Shown here piece after piece: positions 17,762-28,129 of a stretch of DNA of 64,000 nt (position 1 is the first letter of the stretch; every line of letters starts with the position of its first letter). The translations under genes and the position numbers were made by a program. The stretch comes from Acidobacteriota bacterium (lineage in GTDB: Bacteria; Acidobacteriota; Blastocatellia; RBC074), in the NCBI GenBank assembly GCA_016196035.1, contig JACPYM010000070.1, positions 3,334-67,333 on the forward strand, in the 5' to 3' direction. The notes below the pieces were generated by a model. The model made no database searches. It saw only the letters and a program-made list of their open reading frames with translations, and had not been told where the DNA came from.

Positions 17762-19543
17762 TCAACTGCCGCCCGGACGCCGCCGCAACGCATGGTTCCC
17801 GACGTACAAAACATCCATGCGCGTTTTCAAAAAGCAATCAATCGCGTGTTGCGGCGTGCAAACGATGGGTTCGTTTTCGTTAAATGAGGTGTTGAGGATG
17901 ATGGGCACACCCGTCAGCGCATGGAAATCCGCAATCAACTGGTAATAGCGCGGATTGACCGAAGGCGTCACCGTCTGCAACCGGCCCGAACCATCCACGT
18001 GCGTCACGGCGGGAATCAGCGCGCGTTTTTCAGGTTTGATTTGATAGACCATCAGCATGGTCGGCGCGGGGTGCGTCTGCTCAAAGTATTCACCCGTGTG
18101 TTCGGCCAGAATCGAAGGCGCGAAGGGGCGGAAGGGTTCGCGCTTTTTGATGCGCTGGTTGAGGATGTCTTTCATATCGGCGCGGCGCGGATCAACCACG
18201 ATTGAACGATTGCCCAGGGCGCGCGGGCCAAATTCCATGCGACCCTGAAACCAGCCCACCACCAAGCCGTCGGCAATGTCTTGCGCCGCGCGTTGCGTGA
18301 CTTCGCGGTCGGTATAGCTTTCGTATGCCAACTCGTACTGGTCGAGCACGGCGCGGATTTCATCATTGCTATATTCCGGCCCGGTGTACGCGCCTTCCAT
18401 AACCTCGCCGCGCGGCTGGTTGAGCGTTTGATTCCAGATGTAATAACACACGCCCAGCGAAGTGCCGTTGTCACCCGCCGCCGGTTGCACGTAAACATTT
18501 TTGAACGGCGTGTTGAGCATGATTTTGCCGTTCATCACCGAATTCAGCGCGACGCCCCCGGCCAAGCCAAGATCAGTGAGGCCCGTCGTCGCGTGCAGCT
18601 GATTCAAGAGGTGAAAGCCGATCTCTTCCAGCCGCAATTGCAACGAAGCGGCGATGTCGTGTTCGCGTTCGGTCAGCGGTTCGCCGGGTTGGCGCGCTGG
18701 GCCGAAGGTCTTGGCGTAAGCCTCCGAAAAGATCGTCCCGATGACGGGCGAGCCTTCATCCCAACTCATCTCGACGCCATCGGTGTGATGGCGGAAATAA
18801 TCGAGGTTGAGCGTAAACCTGCCGCCCTCTGCGGCGCGGATAATGTCGCGGAACTGCTCGATAAAACGCGGCTTGCCGTATGGCGCGAGGCCCATCACCT
18901 TGCCCTCGTCGCCATACCAGGGGAAGCCGATGAATTGCGTGGTTGCCGTATACAAAATGCCGGTCGAATGCGGAAACTCGACCTGGCCCTGAACTTCAAA
19001 CTTTGTCCCCGCGCCCACGCCCCACATCGTCGAGACGAAATCGCCGAAGCCGTCAAGCGAGAGCAAGGCCGCGCGTTCAAACGGCGAAACAAAAAAGCAA
19101 CTGGCCAGGTGAGCGCGATGATGTTCGACGTGATGCAATTCGGCGCGAATCTGATTTTTGTCTACGCCCAGTTGTTGCGCCAGATCGTCTTTGAAATTGC
19201 GCACCTTGCCGACGCTCGCCAAACGTTCGCTCAACCGTTTGAAGCCGCTCTGGCCGCCGCTCTCAGCCTCGCCTCCCCACAAGCTGCTGATCGCCTTTTT
19301 GGCCGAGAACAGAATCTTGTTGCTGAGATTAGCTGACGGATTGCGCGAAATGCCGATGTGGTCAACCTGTTCGATGCCGATGCCTGCCGCCGCCAGGCAA
19401 TACTTGATCGCCAGCGCCGGAAAGCCCGCGCAATGTTTGAACCGGTTGAAGCGTTCCTCTTCGGCAGCCGCAATGAGTTTGCCGTCTTTGATAATCGTCG
19501 CCGAGGCGTCGCCGTGATAGGCGTTAATACCAAGTATGTACAT
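17762..19543 (-). CDS. Carbamoyltransferase (NodU/CmcH family)
   Basis: MYILGINAYHGDASATIIKDGKLIAAAEEERFNRFKHCAGFPALAIKYCL is the classic N-terminus. It is 593 aa. Confidence 0.9.
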   Translation of the reverse strand: MYILGINAYHGDASATIIKDGKLIAAAEEERFNRFKHCAGFPALAIKYCLAAAGIGIEQVDHIGISRNPSANLSNKILFSAKKAISSLWGGEAESGGQSGFKRLSERLASVGKVRNFKDDLAQQLGVDKNQIRAELHHVEHHRAHLASCFFVSPFERAALLSLDGFGDFVSTMWGVGAGTKFEVQGQVEFPHSTGILYTATTQFIGFPWYGDEGKVMGLAPYGKPRFIEQFRDIIRAAEGGRFTLNLDYFRHHTDGVEMSWDEGSPVIGTIFSEAYAKTFGPARQPGEPLTEREHDIAASLQLRLEEIGFHLLNQLHATTGLTDLGLAGGVALNSVMNGKIMLNTPFKNVYVQPAAGDNGTSLGVCYYIWNQTLNQPRGEVMEGAYTGPEYSNDEIRAVLDQYELAYESYTDREVTQRAAQDIADGLVVGWFQGRMEFGPRALGNRSIVVDPRRADMKDILNQRIKKREPFRPFAPSILAEHTGEYFEQTHPAPTMLMVYQIKPEKRALIPAVTHVDGSGRLQTVTPSVNPRYYQLIADFHALTGVPIILNTSFNENEPIVCTPQHAIDCFLKTRMDVLYVGNHALRRRPGGS

Positions 19544-19579
19544 AAATCTTAGTGGTCATCTCTCTGCCAAGAACAAACC

Positions 19580-19789
19580 TTATCCAACCTTCCGTTTGGG
19601 AGCAGCCAGATAGACTTCGTCGAGTTGTTTGCCGGTCTTGGGCGGATAAAAAACCTCACCGCATGAGGCGCACTCCCAAAACTCGATCACCGGTGTGGTA
19701 ATTGTCTGCTGCTTGAGTTGCAGCGTGCGTTTCCCCTTTTTTTTCTTGATCGCCAGGGACGCGCACATTGGGCAACGGGTCATTTCCAT
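19580..19789 (-). CDS. YgiT-type zinc-ribbon protein (MqsA-like N-terminal domain only), putative antitoxin-like partner
   Basis: Two CxxC pairs (CPMC ... CASCGEVFY). It is 69 aa, and its ATG lies 4 bp after the stop of the upstream DUF4258-like gene. Confidence 0.55.
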   Translation of the reverse strand: MEMTRCPMCASLAIKKKKGKRTLQLKQQTITTPVIEFWECASCGEVFYPPKTGKQLDEVYLAAPKRKVG

Positions 19790-19792
19790 AAT

Positions 19793-20110
19793 TTAGTTTT
19801 GCCAAGTAGACCGCTTGGCCGAAATCAAAATGTAAAACGTTTCTTGCGCTTGTTGTTGTCGAATCACGCCTTTAGTGTAGACGAGAATGCCATCATAGGT
19901 GAAGCTTTCGATAATGTAGACCTGCTCTTGTTTCGTTTGGCGTGACAAACTGCGCGACCGTTTTGATCTGACGAATGTGGCATTGAGAATGGCTTCGAGC
20001 ACGTCCTCTTCCGTCAAGCCATCAGCCAACCGCTCCACCACTGCTTTTTCGGTGAACAGGTATTGCTGTTGGATGATAAGCCGCTTGATGCGTTTAAGTA
20101 TGAACTCCAT
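19793..20110 (-). CDS. DUF4258-like small protein, paralog of 48371..48628 and 53449..53748, with the conserved His replaced by Lys
   Basis: It aligns with the 53449..53748 product: YLFTEKAVVERLADGLTEEDVLEAIL versus YLSEHARDELDDDGFVFQDVIQCLL, and ...FYILISAKR versus ...VFVITGYR. ATG is at 20110. Confidence 0.5.
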   Translation of the reverse strand: MEFILKRIKRLIIQQQYLFTEKAVVERLADGLTEEDVLEAILNATFVRSKRSRSLSRQTKQEQVYIIESFTYDGILVYTKGVIRQQQAQETFYILISAKRSTWQN

Positions 20111-20165
20111 TGCTGCGCTTTAGGGCAACTTATTCGCAGTGATTTACAGCAGCAATGTCCCGTGC

Positions 20166-22085
20166 TTACCTACAGGCAATCTCTATCTGATGCTGTTCCA
20201 ACCACTCTTCCAACGTCACCAACAACCACAAGCGCGACCACGATACATCGGGCCGCCGTTGCATGAATCGCTCCCACAGCCGCGTCACCTGTGCGGGCCG
20301 GAAGATGCCGCGCGCCCCGATGCGCTCAGGCGTCAGGCGCGTTTGGCAATACGCCCGCAGCTCACCGCGCATCCACACATCAAAGGGCAAGGTAAAGCCG
20401 CGTTTGGGCCGCTGGACGATTTCAGGCGGTAACAATTTGCCCAGGCTTTCGACCAACAAACGCTTGGGCGTGCCATTTGAAATTTTGTGCTCATCAGGCA
20501 GCCCCAGCACATATTCCACCAGTTTGTGATCGAGCAGGGGCACGCGCACTTCCAGGGCATGCGCCATGCTCATCTGATCGGTGTCGCGCAACAACACATC
20601 GTGCATGTAGGTGCGCGCTTCGGCGTAGGAAATCTGTGACATGAAACCGGCTTGTGTGCCGCTTAAGGCTTCGTGCAACAGCTTTTCATACGGGTCAATT
20701 TCGCGCTGCCCTTTTTGCCAAAATTGATCGGTCAATAACGACTGGCGTTGCGCCTGTGACAACACCTGGCGAATGTGCGGATAAACTGCCGCGAGTTGCC
20801 CATCACTGGACAACAGCGCCGACGTTTTGGACGCCACTATCGAAGGCTCGCCGAACCATTGCGCCGTATTGCCCACCGTATTCCGCAACGCCGCTGGCAG
20901 CTTGCCCCACCAATGCAAATACCGTTTGAGCTTGCCCAGCCGGGCGAACGAGGGATAACCGCCAAACAATTCATCGCCTCCCAAACCTGACAGCGCCACC
21001 TTGACCCCGGCAGAGCGCACCGCCTGCGACACGACATACGAATTAATACCGTCGCCGGTCGGTTGATCCATCGCCTGCAACGCCGCCGGCAATTCGGCCA
21101 GCAAACGCTGGTCATCCAAACGAATCTCGGTGTGCTCGGCGCCCACGGCGGTGGCCGCCAGCCGCGCATAATGCGCTTCGTCAAAGGCCTGTTCGTTAAA
21201 GACCACCGAGAAGGTATGCGGCTGTTGCCCCGTCGCGCGCATCAACGCCACAATCGCCGTCGAATCAATCCCGCCCGAAAGAAACGCGCCGACCGGCACA
21301 TCGCTGACCAGATGCAAGGCGACAGCTTCGTGCAATAACTCGTTGACGCGGCGTTTGCTGGTTTCATAGCTTTGCCCCGCCGCGCTCGGTTCCGCGCAAG
21401 TCAACGCATCCCAATAACGCGTTTCGGCCACCTGCCCCTGTGCATCAACTTTCAACCAACTGCCCGGCGGCAAGAGGCGCACGCCCTCGATCAACGTGCG
21501 CGGCGCAGGCACCGATTGGTAGGCCAGGTATTCTGACAACGCGATGTGATCCAACTGGCGCGGCACCAAGCCCGTTGCCAACAAGGCGCGCACCTCTGAG
21601 GCAAACAGGAACTGGCCCTTGTGCGCGTAGTAATACACCGGTTTGATGCCCAGCCGGTCACGCGCCACAAACAACTCTTGCCGCGTGTTATCCCAAATCG
21701 CAAAGGCGAACATCCCGCGCAAGTGGGCCAGACAATCCGCCCCGTAGCGCGCATAGAGTTTCAGGATAATTTCAGTGTCGGATTGCGAGGCGAACGGTTC
21801 TCCGCAGTCGAGCAATTGCTGGCGCAAGGCGCGGAAGTTATAGATTTCGCCGTTAAACGTGATCCAGTACCGGCCATCGGGTGTGGCCATCGGCTGATGG
21901 CCGGCGGGCGAGAGATCGAGGATGGAAAGACGTGTATGCAACAGCGCACAACGCCCCTCTGCCACGACCACCATGCCACGATCATCGGGGCCGCGATGAT
22001 CAAGCTGGGGCAAGACTCGCGCCGCCACTGCGGCAAGGTCGAATTCGTTTTTATGTGCTGTGAAGAAACCAGCAATCCCACACAT
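20166..22085 (-). CDS. asnB: Asparagine synthase (glutamine-hydrolysing) family amidotransferase
   Basis: MCGIAGF N-terminal nucleophile, with SGGIDS (PP-loop) in the synthetase domain. It is 639 aa. Confidence 0.9.
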   Translation of the reverse strand: MCGIAGFFTAHKNEFDLAAVAARVLPQLDHRGPDDRGMVVVAEGRCALLHTRLSILDLSPAGHQPMATPDGRYWITFNGEIYNFRALRQQLLDCGEPFASQSDTEIILKLYARYGADCLAHLRGMFAFAIWDNTRQELFVARDRLGIKPVYYYAHKGQFLFASEVRALLATGLVPRQLDHIALSEYLAYQSVPAPRTLIEGVRLLPPGSWLKVDAQGQVAETRYWDALTCAEPSAAGQSYETSKRRVNELLHEAVALHLVSDVPVGAFLSGGIDSTAIVALMRATGQQPHTFSVVFNEQAFDEAHYARLAATAVGAEHTEIRLDDQRLLAELPAALQAMDQPTGDGINSYVVSQAVRSAGVKVALSGLGGDELFGGYPSFARLGKLKRYLHWWGKLPAALRNTVGNTAQWFGEPSIVASKTSALLSSDGQLAAVYPHIRQVLSQAQRQSLLTDQFWQKGQREIDPYEKLLHEALSGTQAGFMSQISYAEARTYMHDVLLRDTDQMSMAHALEVRVPLLDHKLVEYVLGLPDEHKISNGTPKRLLVESLGKLLPPEIVQRPKRGFTLPFDVWMRGELRAYCQTRLTPERIGARGIFRPAQVTRLWERFMQRRPDVSWSRLWLLVTLEEWLEQHQIEIACR

Positions 22086-22093
22086 TCAGTTTT

Positions 22094-22307
22094 CCTGGTC
22101 ACATCGGATTTTGTGGTGACAGCCCCGGCGGGGCGAAATGTTTATAGTTGGAGTGCGAAAAGGCACGCGAGCCCCAGCGGGGCGGTATCTGCCTGCGCTC
22201 AGATGTCGCTCCTGACGGAGCTAAGCGCCTAATTTGGCTGGTTGCTATACACATTTCGCGCCGCTGGCGCTGGAAAACACCAAACCACAAAATCCGGTGG
22301 GACTAGC
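22094..22307. repeat. Copy B of the ~200-bp palindromic MITE-like element, inverted relative to copy A
   Basis: It is near-identical to the reverse complement of 6214-6430. It begins 21 bp upstream of the asnB start codon. Confidence 0.65.
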
Positions 22308-22386
22308 AGTTTTCTGATCGAACGTTCAAGCGCCGAACCATTGGGAAACTTTGGTCAGACAACAAAACAGTTAGGTAACAGCGTGA

Positions 22387-23181
22387 TCAGCTTTCTGGCG
22401 GCGGCGTTTTGCTCAACCGCGCGGTTAAATCCCGATGCGCCAGCAAACATTCAAAGATCGCCCTTTCGTAGGCATAGCGCGCCGCGGCGGCTCCGCGAAA
22501 AGGCCCGCCCGCTATGCCGTAAGCATAAAGCCCCATCAGCAGCGGCATCACCCCCCATTTCCGCAACCGATCACGCCATTTCAAATGCGCGCCCGCTTCC
22601 AACCGCTGCATTTCTTGCGCCGAATAGGTAAGCTGCGCAGTGATCCAGCACTCTAACGGTTTGCGGTCATCGTGAAAAAGCGGGGCCTTGAATTGATACA
22701 CCGCGCCATCCAATTGAAATTTATGTCCATGCCCAACCTGCAGCACCTGAATCATCGCGCGCCGGAAAAGTCGAATTTGCGCCGGATAGAGCGAGCCTGC
22801 CAGAGGCTGCCCAACCATGCAGTATTGGAAGGAAAAAAGCCCGCCATCATACGCGCCCGGCAAGAAGCGTTGAAAAATCTCTTCGACCAGGGTCTGGCTC
22901 AATGGCATATCCGCATCCAACGCCAAGACATACTCAGTCGCAATACCCGTCTGCTGAAGCCCAAACTCAGTTTGTTCTTTGAATGAATCGAAGGCGCGCA
23001 CGCGCCAGTCAACATTGGGGAAGGACCGCGCAATCGTTTCGGTGTCGTCGTTTGATCCAGAATCGAGCACCACCACACGATCTGCCCAGGTCAACGAGGC
23101 TAGTGTGCGAGCTATGTTAGGCTCCTCGTTATAGGTCAGCAGCAGCGGTGTTATCTGACAAGGGACTTTTGCCGGCAGCAT
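22387..23181 (-). CDS. Glycosyltransferase family 2
   Basis: PLLLTYNEEPNIARTL...VVLDSGSNDDT...LDADM (DxD) GT-A signature. Confidence 0.75.
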   Translation of the reverse strand: MLPAKVPCQITPLLLTYNEEPNIARTLASLTWADRVVVLDSGSNDDTETIARSFPNVDWRVRAFDSFKEQTEFGLQQTGIATEYVLALDADMPLSQTLVEEIFQRFLPGAYDGGLFSFQYCMVGQPLAGSLYPAQIRLFRRAMIQVLQVGHGHKFQLDGAVYQFKAPLFHDDRKPLECWITAQLTYSAQEMQRLEAGAHLKWRDRLRKWGVMPLLMGLYAYGIAGGPFRGAAAARYAYERAIFECLLAHRDLTARLSKTPPPES

Positions 23182-23225
23182 CTAGTTCAGTACTTTCCCC
23201 AGTTGAGATACCCGTTTCCCACTGT

Positions 23226-24401
23226 TTACCCTTGTCCGCAAATATCGGTGTATAAGCTGACCAATTGTTCGGCGACGGCAGACCAACGATAACGCTGGAG
23301 TACCAAATTGCGCGCGGCCTGTCCATGTGCCAAACGTTCAGCCGCCGACGTCAGCGCCTGGTGTAATGCCGCCTCAATCGCGCGCTCATCCAGCGCAACT
23401 ACCCAACCAGCTCCCGCCGCTGTTACTTCATCGGCAAGATTTACCCTTTCGCTAATCAGTACCGGCACTTCACAAGCCATGGCCTCGACCAGGGAAAGAC
23501 CAAAATTTTCCTGATGTGAAGGCAGGGCGAAGAGGCCGGCTCCCCGCAACGCGCCGCGCTTTTGTTCACCTTGTAACCAGCCCGCAAAGACGACGCGCGC
23601 CTCGCCGTTGGCAAGGCGCACCGTGCACCGCAATTGCTCGACATAATCCGCTGCGCCTTCGCCCGCAATCACCAGTTTCCACCTGCGCAACGAAACTTCA
23701 TCCGTCAAGCGCAAAAATACTTTGATCAACGTTTCCAGGTTCTTTTTGGGGTGCAGCCGGCTGAGCGTCAAAACGTATAAACCCTCAGACAAGGCGGGAT
23801 GCTGTGCTAGAAAAGGGTTCGCGTTAGTGGCAGGCCGCAACAACGCCTCATCCACACCTAAGGGAATTACTACACCATGTTGCAACCCCAAGGTAGTTTC
23901 GGCCAATTCTTTTTCGGCGCCAGCGGTGTAATGGATTGCCGCCGCCCCGCGTAACATCTGTTTCACACCCAAATGCCAGACGAGTTGCTTGCGAAAGCGC
24001 TTTTGTCGCAGGCCCCAAGGATCGAGATTGCCGATGGTACGGACAAGGTAAGGAATATGCTGACGGCGACAGGCACGCGCAGCTGCTAAACAAGCATGGG
24101 AAAAAACGGCGTGAATATGCACTAAGTCATATTTAGAGACATTCGTTCTTAGCCAGGAACCTAGCCCGCTTGAGTATTTGAACGCCTCGCTAAAGTCACG
24201 TTGAAAAAAAATTGTCGGCGTTCCTTGGTACTCATTCAATATTCCCAATAGCTCTGGCAACACTGCGGCACCATCGGCATTGGTGGTGGCAATCTCTGTA
24301 ACAACGCCAGCATTTTTTAAGTGTGCGCAGATTTGATAAACAGCGTGGCTGGGGCCGCCGTAACGAGCCGCAACGGCAGGAATAACATGCAAGACCTTCA
24401 C
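23226..24401 (-). CDS. Glycosyltransferase family 4
   Basis: MKVLHVIPAVAARYGGPSH N-terminus with the GT-B C-terminal EX7E region (ENFGLSLVEAMACEVPVL). GTG start. Confidence 0.8.
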   Translation of the reverse strand: MKVLHVIPAVAARYGGPSHAVYQICAHLKNAGVVTEIATTNADGAAVLPELLGILNEYQGTPTIFFQRDFSEAFKYSSGLGSWLRTNVSKYDLVHIHAVFSHACLAAARACRRQHIPYLVRTIGNLDPWGLRQKRFRKQLVWHLGVKQMLRGAAAIHYTAGAEKELAETTLGLQHGVVIPLGVDEALLRPATNANPFLAQHPALSEGLYVLTLSRLHPKKNLETLIKVFLRLTDEVSLRRWKLVIAGEGAADYVEQLRCTVRLANGEARVVFAGWLQGEQKRGALRGAGLFALPSHQENFGLSLVEAMACEVPVLISERVNLADEVTAAGAGWVVALDERAIEAALHQALTSAAERLAHGQAARNLVLQRYRWSAVAEQLVSLYTDICGQG

Positions 24402-24410
24402 CTTTCTACC

Positions 24411-25502
24411 TCATGCTGCTTGCTTGAAAATCGCCTGCACCAAGCGTTGTTGAAAGCTATGCGCCGTAAAGAGCGCTTCATAACGGTGGCGGGATTGCGC
24501 CGACCAAAGCTCCCATTCCGTTCCCGCGCGCAGCAGGCGGCAAAGCGCCTCGACCAAATCATGTGACTTGGCCGGATCAACGGCGAGCCCGGCCTCAGGC
24601 GGATTTACGACCTCTCGCGCGGCATCAAAAACACTGACTAAGCACGGTCTGCCAATCCGCATAGCTTCGAGATAGACCAAGCCGAACCCTTCGGCGCGGC
24701 TGGGCAGCGCCAGGCACATACATTTTTCTAACAAGGCTTGTTTTTGCTCCTCCTCGACCCAGCCTAATAAATGTATTTGCTGTTCCAACCCCAACTGTCG
24801 TACCTGTGTAACTAGCTCCTCTTTGAGATTGCCTGTACCAATAATGCGCAATTCGGCGGTGGGTATTTTGCGCAACACCTGCGGCCAAGCCTGAATCAAT
24901 TCGCGATGACCTTTGTAATCCTCGCTTTTTTCCAGGCGGCTAATCATCAAGGTGACCGGAGGCCCAGCCGGAGCCGGCGTGGCGCTTTCCAGCGCGCAAT
25001 CAATGCCGAGTGGGACCGTGATGTGTGGGGTCGTGCTGTAAGCGGGATTGAAGCGCAAAAAACGCTGCCAAGTAAACTCGCTGTTACTGAGAAACAAATC
25101 AACGCGTCGGAGCGCCTGCCGATCTAGCCAGGGTAACTTGCGCCACGCTTCAATCCCATGCAAAAAAACAATTACCTTGGCTTTTGGCAAACGAAAAAAT
25201 GGCAGCAGCTTCAACAGATTTAAGTGCCAAACAAAAACTGTTTGCACCGGCCAGCTTCGGCGTAGCGCCCGCGCCACAGCGGCCTGTCTGGTTTGGGCAA
25301 AATACGCCTGCCTGGTTTCCAAGCACGTCCCAGCAGGCTCAGCAGCGGTGGTTAAAGCCGGTGCGCCATAACAAAAATAATAACTCTGTTGCGGCTGTTG
25401 CTTTACAACCCCCTGCCAGGCGATGCGCCCGCTCGCCTGAATGCCGCCGTGTAAGCCATGTTCCGTAAACAGCCCAAGGATGCCGCCGGCGCCACCTACC
25501 AA
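24411..25502 (-). CDS. Glycosyltransferase family 4 (GT-B)
   Basis: C-terminal EGFGLVYLEAMRIGRPCLVS motif. Confidence 0.7.
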   Translation of the reverse strand: MVGGAGGILGLFTEHGLHGGIQASGRIAWQGVVKQQPQQSYYFCYGAPALTTAAEPAGTCLETRQAYFAQTRQAAVARALRRSWPVQTVFVWHLNLLKLLPFFRLPKAKVIVFLHGIEAWRKLPWLDRQALRRVDLFLSNSEFTWQRFLRFNPAYSTTPHITVPLGIDCALESATPAPAGPPVTLMISRLEKSEDYKGHRELIQAWPQVLRKIPTAELRIIGTGNLKEELVTQVRQLGLEQQIHLLGWVEEEQKQALLEKCMCLALPSRAEGFGLVYLEAMRIGRPCLVSVFDAAREVVNPPEAGLAVDPAKSHDLVEALCRLLRAGTEWELWSAQSRHRYEALFTAHSFQQRLVQAIFKQAA

Positions 25503-26911
25503 TTTACACGCCCTCTGCCGCCACGCGGAGCTAAGATGTTTGGCAATGTCCGTATCTGTCCTTCAGGTTGATCTTCAGGCTGAGTTGTATTCGTTTTTTG
25601 TATGCGCAATTTCCACAACAAAATTCGATTTACGAGCAAAGCCGTGACCAGCGCCGCACCAGCCGTCGTTGTCATTTCGCCGAGCGAACCGCCCACTTGT
25701 AAGAGGCCCAGCCCGGGCAAAAAATAGATCGCAAAACCCTGCCAATCATTTTCTTTCAACCGGGCGACAGCCCCTTTATCAATTAAACCAATTAACACTC
25801 CAATGACAAAAAAACCTATCACGATGCCGGTGTAACCAAAATTGATATAAAACTCCATCACTTGGCCGATACCGACGCTGGTATTTTCGCCGAAGACGAT
25901 CCCGGTGTATTCAGTGACCAACCCTTCGCTACCGGCCCGAAAGGGTTTGTCAGGCCAGATGGCTCTGGGAATGAGCGCCAGGAATGAATTCAGAATCGTT
26001 TCGCCCTTGGCATACTCACCCCGTCCGTTCGACAAATAATCAACGGCGGCTCCCACCAAATAATTTTGATTCAGCCGCGAATCAATCAAGGTCAAATGCT
26101 CCTGGTTATTCAGATCAATCAGTTCAAAATGGCTAAAGGTCGTAACCAACCGCTCAAAGCGGCTGCCATAAGCCGCCCCACCCCAAACAGCGTCGCGAAT
26201 GTCACTGCGGTCGCGCATGTAAGTAACAAAGACCGAAAGCCCTAAATACACACCCAGCACAGCGGCAATCACAACGTGCCAGCGTGGCCGGTAAAACGTT
26301 GACATAAAGGTCACCACAATCAAAATCGCCACTGTGCCATAACCAAGAAATCCTTGTGTGATAACTGTCAAAAACGGTAACAAAGGCAAGGTGGCAAACC
26401 AATAAAACAGTTGCCGCCATTTACGTTGCTGATAGGCTTGCCAAATCAATAACGCCAAACCAACAACCAGGAAAGTCCACCCGGCATTCAGCAATGCGCC
26501 CAAGGTTGGTAGATTGCCAAACAATGGGATCAGCACGAAATAACTAACCAGCGCAATCCCCAGGTAAATTTTCGCCAGCCAAGGGTCGGCTTGTTGACCG
26601 GTGGCTTGTATACGCGGCCAGCCTGTCAACCGCACGATTAACGGCGTCACAATGGCATTGCCAAGCGTAAAGGCTAAAAGCGCATACATTGTCGCTTCAA
26701 AACCCAACTCTACCTGCGGCGCCTGTGGTGTGTAGTACCACGGCAGCAGATAAATCAATCCGCCCAAAAAATGATTGACGGCCAAATTCAACACATACAT
26801 TGTCCCCAGCCCCACCGTGCCCAGCCGGGTTTTCCATTGGCTGTAAACCAGCAGCAATCCCGCCACACCCCAACCCAAAAGGCTATTAAGTAAGAGATTG
26901 TTGCTGTTCAT
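25496..26911 (-). CDS. O-antigen ligase/polymerase-like polytopic membrane protein (Wzy_C/WaaL-like)
   Basis: About 12 predicted TM helices with one large loop, 471 aa, set among GT genes. Confidence 0.6.
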   Translation of the reverse strand: MNSNNLLLNSLLGWGVAGLLLVYSQWKTRLGTVGLGTMYVLNLAVNHFLGGLIYLLPWYYTPQAPQVELGFEATMYALLAFTLGNAIVTPLIVRLTGWPRIQATGQQADPWLAKIYLGIALVSYFVLIPLFGNLPTLGALLNAGWTFLVVGLALLIWQAYQQRKWRQLFYWFATLPLLPFLTVITQGFLGYGTVAILIVVTFMSTFYRPRWHVVIAAVLGVYLGLSVFVTYMRDRSDIRDAVWGGAAYGSRFERLVTTFSHFELIDLNNQEHLTLIDSRLNQNYLVGAAVDYLSNGRGEYAKGETILNSFLALIPRAIWPDKPFRAGSEGLVTEYTGIVFGENTSVGIGQVMEFYINFGYTGIVIGFFVIGVLIGLIDKGAVARLKENDWQGFAIYFLPGLGLLQVGGSLGEMTTTAGAALVTALLVNRILLWKLRIQKTNTTQPEDQPEGQIRTLPNILAPRGGRGRVNW

Positions 26912-26926
26912 AAGTCTGTTCCTTGG

Positions 26927-28129
26927 TTACTGACGCTGGGCCAGTTCCTGCCGGCAAATCGCTTCAAAATCCGCCGCGACATCATCCCAGTTGCGCGGCT
27001 GAAAATTCTGATAAATGTTGTGCACCATTGCGGCCAACTCTTCCCGATGTGCATCACACCAACGCAAGCGCTCGACAAATGCCTGCGCATCACGAATCGG
27101 TAAAATCCAACCGGTTTCCCCTTCGCGCAAAATATCCGGCCCGCCACAATTAGTCGTTGTCAGGATCGGCAACCCGCTCGCGGCGGCCTGCCCCAGCACC
27201 ACGGCAAAGCCGTCTTGAATCGTCGGGAAAACAAATAGATCAGCCCAGGCATACCAGGCTGGTAAATCCGCCTGTGCTTGTTTGGGGACAAACTCGACGC
27301 ACTCAGCCAGCTTGGCAACGAGCCCCTTGACTTCCGGCACAACCGGCCCAACCATTCTGAACATGAACCGTCTTTCCCGTGCGCCAGGCTGGCACAAAGT
27401 TTGGATCACAGCAGCCAAGTCTTGAAAACCTTTTTGAAACGATAACGCACCCACGTATAAAACACGCAAGGGTGCACCGGATAGAATCCGTCGAGAACGC
27501 GCTTCAACTACTTCTGCTGCGGGCCGAAAGGCAGTGAGATTAACCCCCAACGGCAGCAACTTAACTTTTCCGCCCGCGATCCCTTGTCCCAAAAAGGTGT
27601 CGCGCGCAAATGATGACAACGTAACGATGAGATCGGTCAACGCATATTCTCTTTGCTCCCGCGCGATCATCCAGGCACTAGGATGATCCTGTTCGACACC
27701 CGCGCGCGCCGTTTCTTCGGCTAACAAGCGGGCTTGAGCGGCGATGTGGGCAGAGCCGCGCATCAGTATTTTTAGCTGCGCGTGACCATTGAGCATCTGT
27801 AAAATCTCTTCCGCCACTCCGCTCCACAAATGCGTGACATCCCACGCCTCTTTGCATAAGGTTTTGGCGGCCCAACGGCCAAAGAGCGAATGCCACCATT
27901 CATCGCGATTGACGAACTTTCGCTGCGGGTCTAAACGATGCGCAAGGCGCGTCAGCACACCATGCAACCAAAAACTCTTTACCCGATTTACCGGAAACCC
28001 AAAGCGTTTTACCGCCCACTTAGGATAATTGGTCAACAAGGTGACGTCGTGCCCGCGTCTTACCAAAGCACAGGCGAGATCGAAAGAATGAAACCGGCCA
28101 TGCACGACCAGCGCTATCTTGAGTCGCAT
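26927..28129 (-). CDS. Glycosyltransferase (GT-B, GT4-like)
   Basis: VLYVGALSFQKGFQDL...FPTIQDGFAVVLGQAAASGLPILTT C-terminal domain. Confidence 0.65.
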   Translation of the reverse strand: MRLKIALVVHGRFHSFDLACALVRRGHDVTLLTNYPKWAVKRFGFPVNRVKSFWLHGVLTRLAHRLDPQRKFVNRDEWWHSLFGRWAAKTLCKEAWDVTHLWSGVAEEILQMLNGHAQLKILMRGSAHIAAQARLLAEETARAGVEQDHPSAWMIAREQREYALTDLIVTLSSFARDTFLGQGIAGGKVKLLPLGVNLTAFRPAAEVVEARSRRILSGAPLRVLYVGALSFQKGFQDLAAVIQTLCQPGARERRFMFRMVGPVVPEVKGLVAKLAECVEFVPKQAQADLPAWYAWADLFVFPTIQDGFAVVLGQAAASGLPILTTTNCGGPDILREGETGWILPIRDAQAFVERLRWCDAHREELAAMVHNIYQNFQPRNWDDVAADFEAICRQELAQRQ

